Shown here: piece after piece, positions 8,660-18,888 of the stretch
Position numbering within the stretch: the stretch's first letter is position 1
Layout of the letters: every line of letters begins with the position of its first letter
Origin: an uncultured Acidobacteriota bacterium
GTDB lineage: Bacteria; Acidobacteriota; Thermoanaerobaculia; Gp7-AA8
NCBI GenBank assembly: GCA_963822445.1
Contig: CAWGHO010000001.1
Coordinates: forward strand, 736,001 to 800,000
Length of the DNA stretch: 64,000 nt
Direction of reading: 5' to 3'
Translations under genes and position numbers: made by a program
Notes under the pieces: model-generated
Told to the model about the DNA's origin: nothing
What the model saw: the letters and a program-made list of their open reading frames with translations, nothing else
The model's database searches: none

Positions 8660-10705
8660 ATGGCGGCACGACGACGGGCCCGGAAATCTTCACCACGTTC
8701 ACGGATGCTGGTTACAGCCGAGGAACATCCGGCACCCACGATTGCCCTCGCCGGCACGGACGGCAGCACGCCGAAGCTCGATGCGATGCCGGATCCGCTC
8801 GACTTCCGCGATCAGCTTTTCGCGCCGACGCTCGTCGAGGTCCCGCGCCGGATCACGCTCGATTCGTATCGTGCGGCGGGTGTGCCGATCCTCAACCAGG
8901 GAAGCGAGGGCGCCTGCACCGGCTTCGGCCTCGCCACCGTCGCGCACTACCTCCTGTTGCGCCGCACCCAGGACGCCGATCGCGTACGAGTGAGCTCGCG
9001 CATGCTTTACGAGATGGCCAAGCGCTACGACGAATGGCCGGGAGAAAACTACAGCGGCTCGAGCGCGCGCGGTGCGATGAAGGGGTGGCACAAGCACGGA
9101 GTCTGCAGCGAAGACATCTGGCCCTACAACCCGGCCGACCCCGATCGCCGGTTCACGACGACGCGCGCCGGGGACGCGGTGAATCGGCCGCTCGGTGCCT
9201 ACTACCGCGTCAACCACAAGGACCTCATCGCGATGCATTCCGCGATCGCGGAGGTGGGCATCCTCTACGCTACGGGCGTAGTCCACGAAGGCTGGAACAA
9301 CATCGACGAGGAAGGGGTGATCCCCTTCCCCAACAAACGCCTCGGCGGCCACGCCTTCGCCATCGTTGCCTACGATGACCGCGGCTTCTGGATCCAGAAC
9401 TCGTGGGGTCCGGCCTGGGGACGTGACGGATTCGCGCTGATCACCTATGACGACTGGCTGGCCAACAGCACCGACGTCTGGGTTGCCCGTCTCGGTGCGC
9501 CGGTGAAACTTCGATTTGCAGCCGCGGTCGCGACAGCCATCTCCAGCGTCGCCAAGTCCTCGGACACGTACGCGTTCTGCGAGCTGCGGCCGCACATCGT
9601 CAGTCTCGGCAACGACGGCCGATTCCGCACCAGTGGGACCTTCGGCACGGACGAACAGGACGTCCAGGACATCCTCGCCAAGGACTATCCGAAGATCACG
9701 AAGGACTGGAAGACGAAACGGGTATTGCTGTACGCGCACGGAGGCCTGGTCGGCGAAGACGGCGCCATTCAGCGCGTTGCCGAATACCGCGCGGCGCTTC
9801 TGAAAAACGAGGTCTATCCGCTGAGCTTCATCTGGAAAACCGACTACTGGACGACGTTGAAGAATGTCCTCAACGACGCCGCCAACCGTCGCCGGCCGGA
9901 AGGGTTCATCGACAGTACCAAGGACTTTCTCCTCGACCGCCTCGATGACGCGCTCGAGCCGCTGGCCCGCGCGCTCACCGGCAAGCTCCAGTGGGATGAG
10001 ATGAAGGAGAACGCCCTCCGTTCCACGACCACGAAAGAGGGTGGACTCGGAATCACCGCGAAGCTCCTCTCGAAGCTGGTGGTCAAGGACGGCGCCGAGA
10101 TCCACCTGGTCGCGCACAGCGCGGGAGCCATTCTCTTCGCTCCTCTCATCCAGGTTCTCACCAAACTCGGGCTGAAAATCGCCAGTTGCACGTTATGGGC
10201 TCCCGCGCTGACCGTCGAGCTCTTCAAGGAGACCTACCTGCCTGCCATCCGAGCCGGCGCAATCAAGAAATTCACGCTCTTCACGCTCACCGATGAAGCC
10301 GAGCAGGACGATCACTGCGCGCACGTCTACCACAAGTCCCTTCTCTACCTCGTCAGCAACGCATTCGAGAGCCGCGTACGCATCCCGATCTTCCGCGATG
10401 GCGTGCCGATCCTCGGCATGGAGAAGTTCATCCGCAAGGACCCCGAGCTGACGAAACTCTTCAAGCTGGCGAAGGCCGAATGGATCATGTCGCCGAATGC
10501 GGAGGTAGGCACGGATCGTCACTCGACCTCGAGCTCACACGGCGGGTTCGATGACGATGGCCCGACCGTCCGCTCGACGCTCAACCGGATCATCGGCGCG
10601 CCGCAGGAGCCGGCCATCGCGACCATTCCGAAATTCGCTCGCACCGCGTCGTCCATGCGCGACACGCGGGCCCAGCTGGCGCGGGTGGGAGGGGCGGAGC
10701 AGTAG
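8660..10705 (+). CDS. Papain-like C1 family cysteine peptidase fused to an alpha/beta-hydrolase domain
   Basis: QGSEGACTGF (Gln/Cys), GGHAF (His), QNSWG (Asn); C-terminal YAHGGL, AHSAG, SHGGFD; AGGAGG RBS. Confidence 0.85.
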   Translation: MAARRRARKSSPRSRMLVTAEEHPAPTIALAGTDGSTPKLDAMPDPLDFRDQLFAPTLVEVPRRITLDSYRAAGVPILNQGSEGACTGFGLATVAHYLLLRRTQDADRVRVSSRMLYEMAKRYDEWPGENYSGSSARGAMKGWHKHGVCSEDIWPYNPADPDRRFTTTRAGDAVNRPLGAYYRVNHKDLIAMHSAIAEVGILYATGVVHEGWNNIDEEGVIPFPNKRLGGHAFAIVAYDDRGFWIQNSWGPAWGRDGFALITYDDWLANSTDVWVARLGAPVKLRFAAAVATAISSVAKSSDTYAFCELRPHIVSLGNDGRFRTSGTFGTDEQDVQDILAKDYPKITKDWKTKRVLLYAHGGLVGEDGAIQRVAEYRAALLKNEVYPLSFIWKTDYWTTLKNVLNDAANRRRPEGFIDSTKDFLLDRLDDALEPLARALTGKLQWDEMKENALRSTTTKEGGLGITAKLLSKLVVKDGAEIHLVAHSAGAILFAPLIQVLTKLGLKIASCTLWAPALTVELFKETYLPAIRAGAIKKFTLFTLTDEAEQDDHCAHVYHKSLLYLVSNAFESRVRIPIFRDGVPILGMEKFIRKDPELTKLFKLAKAEWIMSPNAEVGTDRHSTSSSHGGFDDDGPTVRSTLNRIIGAPQEPAIATIPKFARTASSMRDTRAQLARVGGAEQ

Positions 10706-10722
10706 GCGCTAGCGCCAAAACG

Positions 10723-10750
10723 AAACGAGCCGCCTTTCGGCGGCTCGTTT
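10723..10750. terminator. Probable bidirectional intrinsic terminator
   Basis: AAACGAGCCGCC-TTTC-GGCGGCTCGTTT hairpin between the convergent peptidase and tRNA genes. Confidence 0.75.
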
Positions 10751-10765
10751 GAGTTTGGGTCTTTT

Positions 10766-10841
10766 TGGTGGAGCTGGACGGGATCGAACCGACGACCTCC
10801 TCATTGCGAACGAGGCGCTCTCCCAACTGAGCTACAGCCCC
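10766..10841 (-). tRNA. tRNA-Ala (anticodon CGC)
   Basis: GGGGCTGTAGCTCAGTTGGGAGAGCGCCTCGTTCGCAATGAGGAGGTCGTCGGTTCGATCCCGTCCAGCTCCACCA; 76 nt, G3:U70, encoded CCA. Confidence 0.97.
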
Positions 10842-10898
10842 ACTTTCGTGGAAAGTACCGCTGCTAACGCGCGCGGATTCTAAGTTTCTTCCCGCCCG

Positions 10899-13800
10899 TC
10901 AAGCAAGCCTCGAGGACCGTACTGCCGCCACGGCCAGGAACGCCGCCAGCAGCATGAGCATCCACTCCGAGAGCGTCGGGATGTCATTTGCCGCGGTTGC
11001 GGTGTCATTGTCGAGAATGGTCCCGGTCGCCGATCCGTCAGCGATCGTCGCACCGGTGGGATTGGTCAGAGTAACGTCCACCGTCTCCGCCGGCTCGACC
11101 GCGGCGTCGTCGACGACGCTGACGACCACCGATTCCTCGGTATCCCCCGCGAGGAACGTCACCGTACCGCTCGAGGGCGCGTAGTCCGCTCCTGCCGTCG
11201 CGTCGCCGCCGCCGGTCGACCACTGCACCGTAACCGTGACCCCGCTCGGCTGCGAAAGCCTGACCGCGAACGTGAGCGCGCCGTTCTCGGAGGCCGTCGC
11301 GTCGTCGATCGTGATCGTCGGCGGCGGATCGTCGTTGGTGATCGTGGCGACCGCGCTTCCGTCGAAGATGACGGCGTTGGTGGCGTTCGACAGCGTGACG
11401 GTGAACGTTTCGTCGGACTCGAACGTGGCGTCGTTCGCGCCGAGGTTGATTACGATCGTCTGGGTCGTCTCGCCGGGGTTGAATGTCAGCGTTCCGCTGG
11501 ACGGCGTGTAGTCCGTCGAGCCGTCCGCGGTGCCCGGCGAGTTCGCCCAATCCACCGTGACCGGCACCGCCGAGGCGTTCGACAGCGTGACCGTGAGGCT
11601 GATCGTGCCGGCACCTTCGCCGGCCGACGCGTTGTCGATGATGATGTTTGGTGCGGACTCGTCGTCGAAGATCGTGCCCATGCCCGATGGATCGGCGAAC
11701 GAGGCGTTCACCGCATTGGCGAGATTCACGTTCAGGGTCTCGCTCCCCTCGGTGATGGAGTCGCCGAGGAGTGTCACGTCCACTGTCTGCGTGGTCGTGT
11801 TGGGAGCGAAGGTGGCAGTGCCGCTCGCGGCCGTGTAGTCATTGCCCGCGGTTGCTGTGCCGTCGGCGGTCGTCCAGTCGACCGTGATCGTCTGCGAGCT
11901 CGGGCTCGAGAGCGTGATCGTGAAGCTGAGGCTCGCCGAGCTCTCCGACGCCGACGGGTTGTCGATCGTGATCGTCGGCGGCTCGTCGTCGTTCGTGATC
12001 GTCCCGGTTGCCGTTGCGGCGGAGATCGTGGCGTTGCCGGGGTTGGTCAGCGTCACGGCCATCGTTTCATCGGACTCGAAGATGTTGTCCGCGATGATCG
12101 GCACGGTGATCGTGCCGGACAGCATCCCGGCGTTGATCGTGAGCGTGCCGGTGACCGGTGTGAAGTCCACGCCTGACGTGGCGGTAAGGCCGGTGGTGCT
12201 GTAGTCGACTGTGATGTTCTGCGCGCTGGGATTCGACAGCGCCACGGTGAAGACGAGACCCGCCGCTGCCTCGGAGGCCGAGGTCGGAATCACCTCGATC
12301 GCCGGCTGCGCGTCGTCATTCGTGATCGTGCCCGTCGCAGTTGCCGTGGAGAGCGAGCCGTTCGCGGGATTGGTCAGCGTCACGGTCATCGTCTCGTCGG
12401 TTTCGAAGGTGTTGTCGGCGAGGATCGGCACGGTGATCGTGCCGGACAGCAACCCGGCGTTGATCGTGAGCGTCCCGCTGACCGGCGTGAAGTCGACGCC
12501 CGAGGTTGCGGTTCCGCCGGTCGTGCTGTAGTCGACGGTGACGTTCTGCGAGCTCGCGTTCGAAAGCGTGACCGTGAACTCGAGGCTTGCCGCTGCCTCG
12601 GAGGCCGAGGTGGGGGCAATGGAGATTGCCGGCGCCGCTTCGTCGTCGGTGATCGTGCCCAGACCGGTGCCGTCGAGAATCGACGCCATGGTCGGATTGG
12701 ACAGAGTCACCTCGAACGTCTCGTTCGGCTCGGTGATCTCGTCGCCGAGAACGCTGACCGGCAGCGGCTTCGACGTCTCCAGAGGTGCGAACGTCAGCGT
12801 GCCGCTCGTGGCTGTGTAGTCCGTCCCCGGCGTCGCGGTTCCGCCGCCCGTGGCGTAGTCGACGGTGATCGCGAACGCGCTCGGGTGCGAGAGCGTGACC
12901 AGGAACGTCGCCGGCGTACTTCCGACGTCGCCCTCTCCTGCTCCCGCGTCGTCGATGGAGATGACCGGAGGATCATCATCGTCGACGATCGTGCCCGTCC
13001 CGCTTCCGTCAGTGATCGTGCCGTCGCTGAGCGTCATCACGACCGTCTCATCGCCCTCATCGATCAGGTCGGACGCCACGAGCACGTTGATCGTCTGCGA
13101 CACGACACCCGGATCGAAGGTGAGCGTGCCGCTGACCGCCGTGTAGTCATCGGGAGCGGTGGCCGTGCCGTCGCTGCTCGCGTAATTCACGGTCACGGTA
13201 TTCACGCTGGGATTGGAGAGCGTGACTGTGAACAGGAGAACCGACGTCCCGGCGTCCACTTCAGCCACGCTGGGATCGTCGATCGAGGCCGAGGGCGCAG
13301 GATCGTCGTTGGTGATCGTGCCGACGGCCGTCCCGTCGCTGATGGTGGCGTTCACGGGTGAGGTCAGAGTGATGTTGACCGTCTCGTCGCTCTCGAAGGT
13401 CGTGTCGCCGAGGATCGGGACGTCGATCGTGGTGGTGAGATTTCCCGCGAGGATGGTGGCCGTTCCGCTCACCGCCGTGTAATCGACGCCTGCCGTCGCG
13501 GTCCCGTCGCTCGTCGCGTAATCGACGGTGATCGTGCTCTCGCTCGGATTGGAGAGCGTGACGGTGAACGTCACGTTCGCATCCGCCTCGGACGCGGGAA
13601 CGTCGGCGATGGTGATCGAGGGAGTGGTGTCGCTGTCGGTCATGGTCACGGTCGCCGTCGACGGCGATCCGGCGATCGCGCCGCCCGTGAAAGTGCCGAG
13701 GCTGACGTCGAACGTCTCGTCGATTTCATCGATCGGGTCGTCGGTGATGGTGATGGTGAGCGTCTGCGTGACGACACCCGGGCCGAACGTCAGCGTCTGC

Positions 13801-16436
13801 GGTGTCGGATCGTAGTCGGTCGTTTCAGCCGTTCCGCCGCCCGGCGTGGCCACCGCGGTGACGGTGCCGTCGCTGCCGCCGGTGCGGTTCACGGTGAGCA
13901 TGATGCTCGTACCGGCTTCACCGACCAGGTACGTCGCGCTGTCGAACGACAGGACGCCCGGCGTGGTCACCGCCAGCTCCGCGGAAAACTCGGAGGTGTT
14001 GTGAAAGGGAGCAATGGCCGTTGCCGTAACGACCTGCCCGGGCCCCGGCGCGTTGGCCAGCGGCGCGTCGAAAGTCGCGTTGCCGCTGCCATCGGTCATG
14101 ATCACCGCGTCGCCGAGATAGATCGCACCCTCGGGATCGCCCGCGGCGTTGGCAAAGAACTCGAGCGTGAACGTCGTGCTGGGAGTGCTGTTGAGCGTTC
14201 CCGTCGCCCGGCCGTTGGGACCGGGATAAAGATACGCGCCGGTGAGTACGGGGAAGTTCTGCAACAGGTTGCCGCCGGTGTCGGGATCGCCGGCGTCGTT
14301 CGGAGTGACGCCGGGCAGCGGCAGAAGATCGATGCCGAGGCCGGCGTTCGCGGTGATGCTGTTTCGGGTGATGCGGTTCTTTTGCGAGGTCGGGGCGATG
14401 ACGACGCCGGAAACCGCGTTGTTGGCGATCAGGTTTCCGGCGCCCGGGGTCGAGCCGCCGATGAAGTTGCCGGTCAGACCGCTGGTGCCGTCGACGAGGA
14501 TGCCCGCGCCGGCGTTGCCGAGCGGCGTGATCGCGTCCGCGGCGCGACCGATGACGTTCCCCTCGATCCGCACGTCGTTGGTGCTCGTCGCACTGAATCG
14601 GATGCCGTTCGCGATGTTGCCCGAGATCACGTTGGCCGTGCCCGCGGCGGTCCCGCCGATGAGGTTGTTCGAGGGACCGCTGCCCGCGATGGCCACGCCG
14701 TCGCCGCTGTTCGGGAGCGGCGCCGCGCCGGAAATGTCCGTCCCGATGTAGTTGCCCTGCACGAAATTGGATTGGGCGGCGGAATTGATGCGCACACCGG
14801 CCGCACCGTTGCCGGAGAGGATGTTGCGGGTGAATGCAGTCGCACCGCCGACGGTGATGTTCGAGCAGACGTTCAACTGCACGCCGTCCGTGCCGTTCGG
14901 GCGAGCCAGCAGGCCGGTGATGTCCGTGCCGATGTGACTCGAAGACACCTGCGTGTTCGAGCCCCAGACGCTGACACCGGCGCCGCCATTGCCGGAGATC
15001 ACATTCATTGCGCCGGCGAAATCGCCGCCGATCCGCACGCCGAATGAATCGTTCGAGGTGACGACGACGCCGTCGTTACTGTTCGGCAGCGGAACGTTTC
15101 CTGTTGCGTCGAGGCCGATGATGTTGCCGGCCAGCGAGGCCCAGCCCGGATCGACGAGCGCCACGCCCGCCGGTCCGTCATTGCCGGAAACGACGTTCGA
15201 GCCCATGAGGAAGCGCCCTTCGGAGTAAATCCCCTCCTCAGCATTGCCACGGTCGAGCGTTCCAGTGACGTCGGTTCCGATGTAGTTGCGGTTGATGGAG
15301 TGCGCGACGGAGCCCGAGTCGATGAAGATGCCCGCTCGCGCGTTCCCTGAAATGATGTTCCGCTCCGCGGCCGTGTTTCCGCCGACGCGGATGTTGTTGC
15401 CGGTGAGGTGCACGCCATCGAGTCCGTTCTCGATGACTGTCGAGCCGTCGCTGCCGAGGCCGATGATGTTGCCTTCGACGAAGGCGAGGATGTGCCGCGT
15501 CGGGAGATCGGACAGCACGCCGTGAACGCCATTACCCGAGATGACGTTGTCCTCGGTCAGCGTATGGTCGCCGTTCATCAACACGCCGTGGCGTCCGTTG
15601 CCGCGATCGAGGAGACCGGTGATGTCCGTGCCGATGTAATTGCCTCTGATCCACGGCCCGTTTGCGCTCATGGCCGGCGTGCTCAGCTCGGAGTTGATGC
15701 CGTCGACGCCGTTCGCGGAGATGATGTTGCGGGCGGTGTCGCCGATCCAGGCCGTGTCGGCGACGTAGATGCCGTGAAGCGTATTCGGGGCCGGCGTCAC
15801 GCCATCCGGGCGCAGTCCGATGATGCAGCCGTTGATCCGCGTCCAGCCGAAAACGACGATGCCTTCGCCGGTGTTGCCGCCGATGACGCAGTCGATGACG
15901 TCGACCGTGGGTGAGGCGACGAAGATGCCGTTCTGAGTCGCGCCGGTTTCGCCGGGAGCACCTGTGACGGCGCCGATGTAACTCCGCTTCACCGTGCCGG
16001 TGGTCGAGAAGTAGACCTGGGACTGCGCGGGCCCGGTGATGATCAGCGCATCGATGATCGAGCCGGCCGCCGTGCCGCTGATCTGAAACGTGTTGATCGC
16101 TCCTGTCGCCACCACGCGCACGAGCGGCGTTCCCGCGTAACCGGGAACGGTGCTGCCGTCGATGGTGGCGACGTTGGTCAGATGGAGTCCCGCCGTCGCG
16201 ATCGTGTAGGCGGCGTTGAATCCGATCACGTCCGCATCCGGATTGGAATTCGCCTCGGTCACCGCCGCGCGAAGCGTGCACTGCGCGATCGCATCCGCGC
16301 AGATCCCGTCGCCGGGCAGCGCGTCATCGGTATCCGCGGCCGCGTTGACCGTGAAGGTCGCGGCCAGCAGGGGAAAGGAGACGAAGACGATGAAGAGGAC
16401 GAGGATCGAGCGAACGACCGAACCGGTGGAAATCAG
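10899..16436 (-). CDS. Large surface protein: CSLREA-like N-terminus, parallel beta-helix repeats, nine Calx-beta-like repeats, IPTL-CTERM sorting signal
   Basis: ORF track 10899..16262 extended in frame through a signal peptide and CTLRAAVTEAN to CTG at 16436; GNxIGTD repeats; DYxTxDGTATAGxDY repeats; C-terminal IPTLSEWMLMLLAAFL. Confidence 0.85.
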   Translation of the reverse strand: MISTGSVVRSILVLFIVFVSFPLLAATFTVNAAADTDDALPGDGICADAIAQCTLRAAVTEANSNPDADVIGFNAAYTIATAGLHLTNVATIDGSTVPGYAGTPLVRVVATGAINTFQISGTAAGSIIDALIITGPAQSQVYFSTTGTVKRSYIGAVTGAPGETGATQNGIFVASPTVDVIDCVIGGNTGEGIVVFGWTRINGCIIGLRPDGVTPAPNTLHGIYVADTAWIGDTARNIISANGVDGINSELSTPAMSANGPWIRGNYIGTDITGLLDRGNGRHGVLMNGDHTLTEDNVISGNGVHGVLSDLPTRHILAFVEGNIIGLGSDGSTVIENGLDGVHLTGNNIRVGGNTAAERNIISGNARAGIFIDSGSVAHSINRNYIGTDVTGTLDRGNAEEGIYSEGRFLMGSNVVSGNDGPAGVALVDPGWASLAGNIIGLDATGNVPLPNSNDGVVVTSNDSFGVRIGGDFAGAMNVISGNGGAGVSVWGSNTQVSSSHIGTDITGLLARPNGTDGVQLNVCSNITVGGATAFTRNILSGNGAAGVRINSAAQSNFVQGNYIGTDISGAAPLPNSGDGVAIAGSGPSNNLIGGTAAGTANVISGNIANGIRFSATSTNDVRIEGNVIGRAADAITPLGNAGAGILVDGTSGLTGNFIGGSTPGAGNLIANNAVSGVVIAPTSQKNRITRNSITANAGLGIDLLPLPGVTPNDAGDPDTGGNLLQNFPVLTGAYLYPGPNGRATGTLNSTPSTTFTLEFFANAAGDPEGAIYLGDAVIMTDGSGNATFDAPLANAPGPGQVVTATAIAPFHNTSEFSAELAVTTPGVLSFDSATYLVGEAGTSIMLTVNRTGGSDGTVTAVATPGGGTAETTDYDPTPQTLTFGPGVVTQTLTITITDDPIDEIDETFDVSLGTFTGGAIAGSPSTATVTMTDSDTTPSITIADVPASEADANVTFTVTLSNPSESTITVDYATSDGTATAGVDYTAVSGTATILAGNLTTTIDVPILGDTTFESDETVNITLTSPVNATISDGTAVGTITNDDPAPSASIDDPSVAEVDAGTSVLLFTVTLSNPSVNTVTVNYASSDGTATAPDDYTAVSGTLTFDPGVVSQTINVLVASDLIDEGDETVVMTLSDGTITDGSGTGTIVDDDDPPVISIDDAGAGEGDVGSTPATFLVTLSHPSAFAITVDYATGGGTATPGTDYTATSGTLTFAPLETSKPLPVSVLGDEITEPNETFEVTLSNPTMASILDGTGLGTITDDEAAPAISIAPTSASEAAASLEFTVTLSNASSQNVTVDYSTTGGTATSGVDFTPVSGTLTINAGLLSGTITVPILADNTFETDETMTVTLTNPANGSLSTATATGTITNDDAQPAIEVIPTSASEAAAGLVFTVALSNPSAQNITVDYSTTGLTATSGVDFTPVTGTLTINAGMLSGTITVPIIADNIFESDETMAVTLTNPGNATISAATATGTITNDDEPPTITIDNPSASESSASLSFTITLSSPSSQTITVDWTTADGTATAGNDYTAASGTATFAPNTTTQTVDVTLLGDSITEGSETLNVNLANAVNASFADPSGMGTIFDDESAPNIIIDNASAGEGAGTISLTVTLSNASAVPVTVDWANSPGTADGSTDYTPSSGTLTFNPGETTQTIVINLGANDATFESDETFTVTLSNATNAVIFDGSAVATITNDDPPPTITIDDATASENGALTFAVRLSQPSGVTVTVQWSTGGGDATAGADYAPSSGTVTFLAGDTEESVVVSVVDDAAVEPAETVDVTLTNPTGATIADGSATGTILDNDTATAANDIPTLSEWMLMLLAAFLAVAAVRSSRLA

Positions 16437-16478
16437 ATTGGCTCCCGATGTGGCTGAAGTGGCGCGCCGAGTGTAGGT

Positions 16479-18017
16479 TTACTCCTCCTGCTCGTCAACG
16501 AATCGGGCAGTGAAAAGCGGCGCGAGCATGTTGTCCACCGGGGCGTAATCGTCGGTGAGCACGATCCCTCCCCGCGGGGTCACCGGATGCCCTGCGGCCG
16601 CGGCTACGATCGACCGCACTTCGGTCGACGCAACGACGACGAACGTCGATCGCGCACTCTCCACATCTTCCGGCGCCTCGGCGAGCACCGCGACATTGCT
16701 CGCGCCGAACACGGACTCCAGAGTCCGCGCGTAAGAGACGAGAAAACGGCCCTTCCCGTAGTCGTCGATCACGTTCGCTGCGAGCACGCCGTCGGGCGCC
16801 AGCAGCCGCCGCAGATGCGTGACGAGCTCCCGCGTGGTCAGGTGGTACGGCACGGACAGGTCGTTGAAAGCGTCGATGAAGATCGCGTCGTACTCCTGCC
16901 TCGCATGCATCGCGAACCAGCGCGCGTCCTCGTTGATCGTGCGGATGGCCGTCTCGCGCGCGATGCCGAAGAAGCGGTAGGCGACGCGCGTCACCGCCGG
17001 ATCGATCTCCACCACGTCGATCTCCGCGGTCGGATACTGCTGCTCGATCAGCCGCGGCAGTGTGTATCCGCCGCCGCCGATGAAGAGCACGCGGAAGACG
17101 GGCTTCCGCCGCGCGGTCCAGTCGACGACGTCGCGGAAGATGCGCAGGTATTCGTACTCGAGGAACGCCGCATCCTCGGGATCGGAATACGAATGCACGA
17201 GATGATCGAGATGCAGCGCGTGCAGCGGCCCGCCGGTGTCGTCCCGGACCGTCCGTTCGACGCGAATCGTGTAGTACTCGCTTTCCTCGAAATGCACGAT
17301 GCCGGTCGCGCCGAGCTGCATCAGCGGATCCTGATGCGGCGGCTGGATGGCGCCCGGCCACAGCCCGACAGCCGCGAGGGCGACGGCAATCAGCAACACC
17401 GCGGCCGCGCGTCCCGCTCGTCCGAAAAGATTCCCGAACAACAGCGCGGTCGCGATGAGCACCGCGGCCGTGCCGATCAAGGTCGCGCGTGTACCGAATC
17501 GAGCGATGAGGAAGAAGCCGGTCGTGAATGTGCCCGCGATGGAGCCGAGCGTCGAGAAGGCGTAAATCTTCCCCACCGTGCGACCGGTCGTTGCGAGATC
17601 GCGTACGGCGATCTTCACCGCGACGGGGGAGATCATGCCGAGGAAGAACGAGGGGAGAAAAAAGAGGACGAAGGAGAGCAGGACGACGCGCTGAAGAAGA
17701 GTCGTCGCGATGCCGTAGTTGGTCAGGAGTCCATCGTCGGCGGCGAGGAAGTCCGTGGCCGGCGCGATGAGCATCGCCGTGATCCCCGCGGCCAGCAGCA
17801 ACCAGCCCAGCGTCGACTCCGCGGGCCGCCGATCGGCCAGCCAGCCGCCCGCGTACGCACCGGCGCTGATTCCGGCCAGTACGACTCCGATGATGCTCGT
17901 CCAGGTGTAGAGCGAGACGCCGACGTACGGCGCGAGCACGCGTCCGGCCACGAGCTCGATGACCAGCGTGCAGAACGACGCGATGAAGACGACGACCGCG
18001 GCGCGCACGATGCTCAT
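16479..18017 (-). CDS. Fused membrane domain/spermidine synthase-like SAM-dependent transferase
   Basis: ~7 TM helices followed by VLFIGGGGYT, VEIDP, FIDAF, VLTDDYAP. Confidence 0.88.
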   Translation of the reverse strand: MSIVRAAVVVFIASFCTLVIELVAGRVLAPYVGVSLYTWTSIIGVVLAGISAGAYAGGWLADRRPAESTLGWLLLAAGITAMLIAPATDFLAADDGLLTNYGIATTLLQRVVLLSFVLFFLPSFFLGMISPVAVKIAVRDLATTGRTVGKIYAFSTLGSIAGTFTTGFFLIARFGTRATLIGTAAVLIATALLFGNLFGRAGRAAAVLLIAVALAAVGLWPGAIQPPHQDPLMQLGATGIVHFEESEYYTIRVERTVRDDTGGPLHALHLDHLVHSYSDPEDAAFLEYEYLRIFRDVVDWTARRKPVFRVLFIGGGGYTLPRLIEQQYPTAEIDVVEIDPAVTRVAYRFFGIARETAIRTINEDARWFAMHARQEYDAIFIDAFNDLSVPYHLTTRELVTHLRRLLAPDGVLAANVIDDYGKGRFLVSYARTLESVFGASNVAVLAEAPEDVESARSTFVVVASTEVRSIVAAAAGHPVTPRGGIVLTDDYAPVDNMLAPLFTARFVDEQEE

Positions 18018-18886
18018 GGCGCTTCCACGACGAACTCGGCGAAATCGCTCGCCGCTTCTGTGTTGGGAAACACGGCCCTCGCCTCTTCGAGCAGAGGAGC
18101 CACGTCGCGATAGCGGGTCGAAAAGTGCGTGAGGATCAGCCGCGAGACGCCCGCGCCTGCCGCGACGCGCGCGGCCTCGGCCGCAGTCGCGTGAAAGCGG
18201 TCGTGCGCTTCGACGCGCATGTCATCGCCGTACGTGGCCTCGTGGATGAGCACACCAGCATTCCGCGAGAGCTCTTCCGCGGCCGCGCAAGGCCGCGTGT
18301 CGGTGCAGTAGACGATGCGCCGCCCGCGCCGCGAAGGTCCGGTGACGCGAGGATCGTGAGCGCGCTGCAACTCACCCCACTGCGGGCCTTCCGGAATCCC
18401 CAGCGCACGCGCCCGTTCCGGATCGAACGTACCGGGACGGTCGTCCTCGATGAGGCAATACGCGAAACAAGGCAGGGTGTGCTCGACGGGCGCGGCCACG
18501 ACGCTGAATCCCTCACCGCGATACGGCGGCGAGGAGATGCGAACGGGAAAGATCGGATTGTGCTGCGTGGTCCTGAGCGTGGCCTCGAGATACTCGCGCG
18601 TCCCCTCGGGGCCGATGAGATCGAGCGGCCGCTCGCGACCATTCATCGACATCGACGCGAGCAGTCCCGGCAACCCGTAAACATGATCGCCATGCAGATG
18701 CGTGAGAAAGATCGCCTCGATCGCGCCGCTCCGCACCGGCGCCCGCAACAATTGATGTTGCGTTCCCTCCCCGCAGTCGAAGAGAAGGACCGTCCCATCG
18801 AGCACCATCGCCACCGCGGCGACATTGCGCTCCCGCGACGGCGTGCCGGCGGACGTGCCGAGGAAGACGATGCGGAGGTCTTGCAT
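18014..18886 (-). CDS. rnz: Ribonuclease Z
   Basis: FLGTSAGTP, FDCGEGTQ, THLHGDH, exosite GIPEGP, DTRP, HEATY, THFSTRY. Confidence 0.95.
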   Translation of the reverse strand: MQDLRIVFLGTSAGTPSRERNVAAVAMVLDGTVLLFDCGEGTQHQLLRAPVRSGAIEAIFLTHLHGDHVYGLPGLLASMSMNGRERPLDLIGPEGTREYLEATLRTTQHNPIFPVRISSPPYRGEGFSVVAAPVEHTLPCFAYCLIEDDRPGTFDPERARALGIPEGPQWGELQRAHDPRVTGPSRRGRRIVYCTDTRPCAAAEELSRNAGVLIHEATYGDDMRVEAHDRFHATAAEAARVAAGAGVSRLILTHFSTRYRDVAPLLEEARAVFPNTEAASDFAEFVVEAP

Positions 18887-18888
18887 TC

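Noticed and set aside
6094-8769. Long antisense ORFs (e.g. 6094..8769, 46350..48725, 49700..51916, 55226..57820)
   Set aside because: Expected stop-free shadows of high-GC3 genes; no motifs
10590-10826. 78-aa ORF
   Set aside because: Overlaps tRNA-Ala and the terminator; spurious
6000-10841. tRNA-integrated genomic island
   Set aside because: No integrase and no duplicated tRNA 3' end (att) seen; only adjacency
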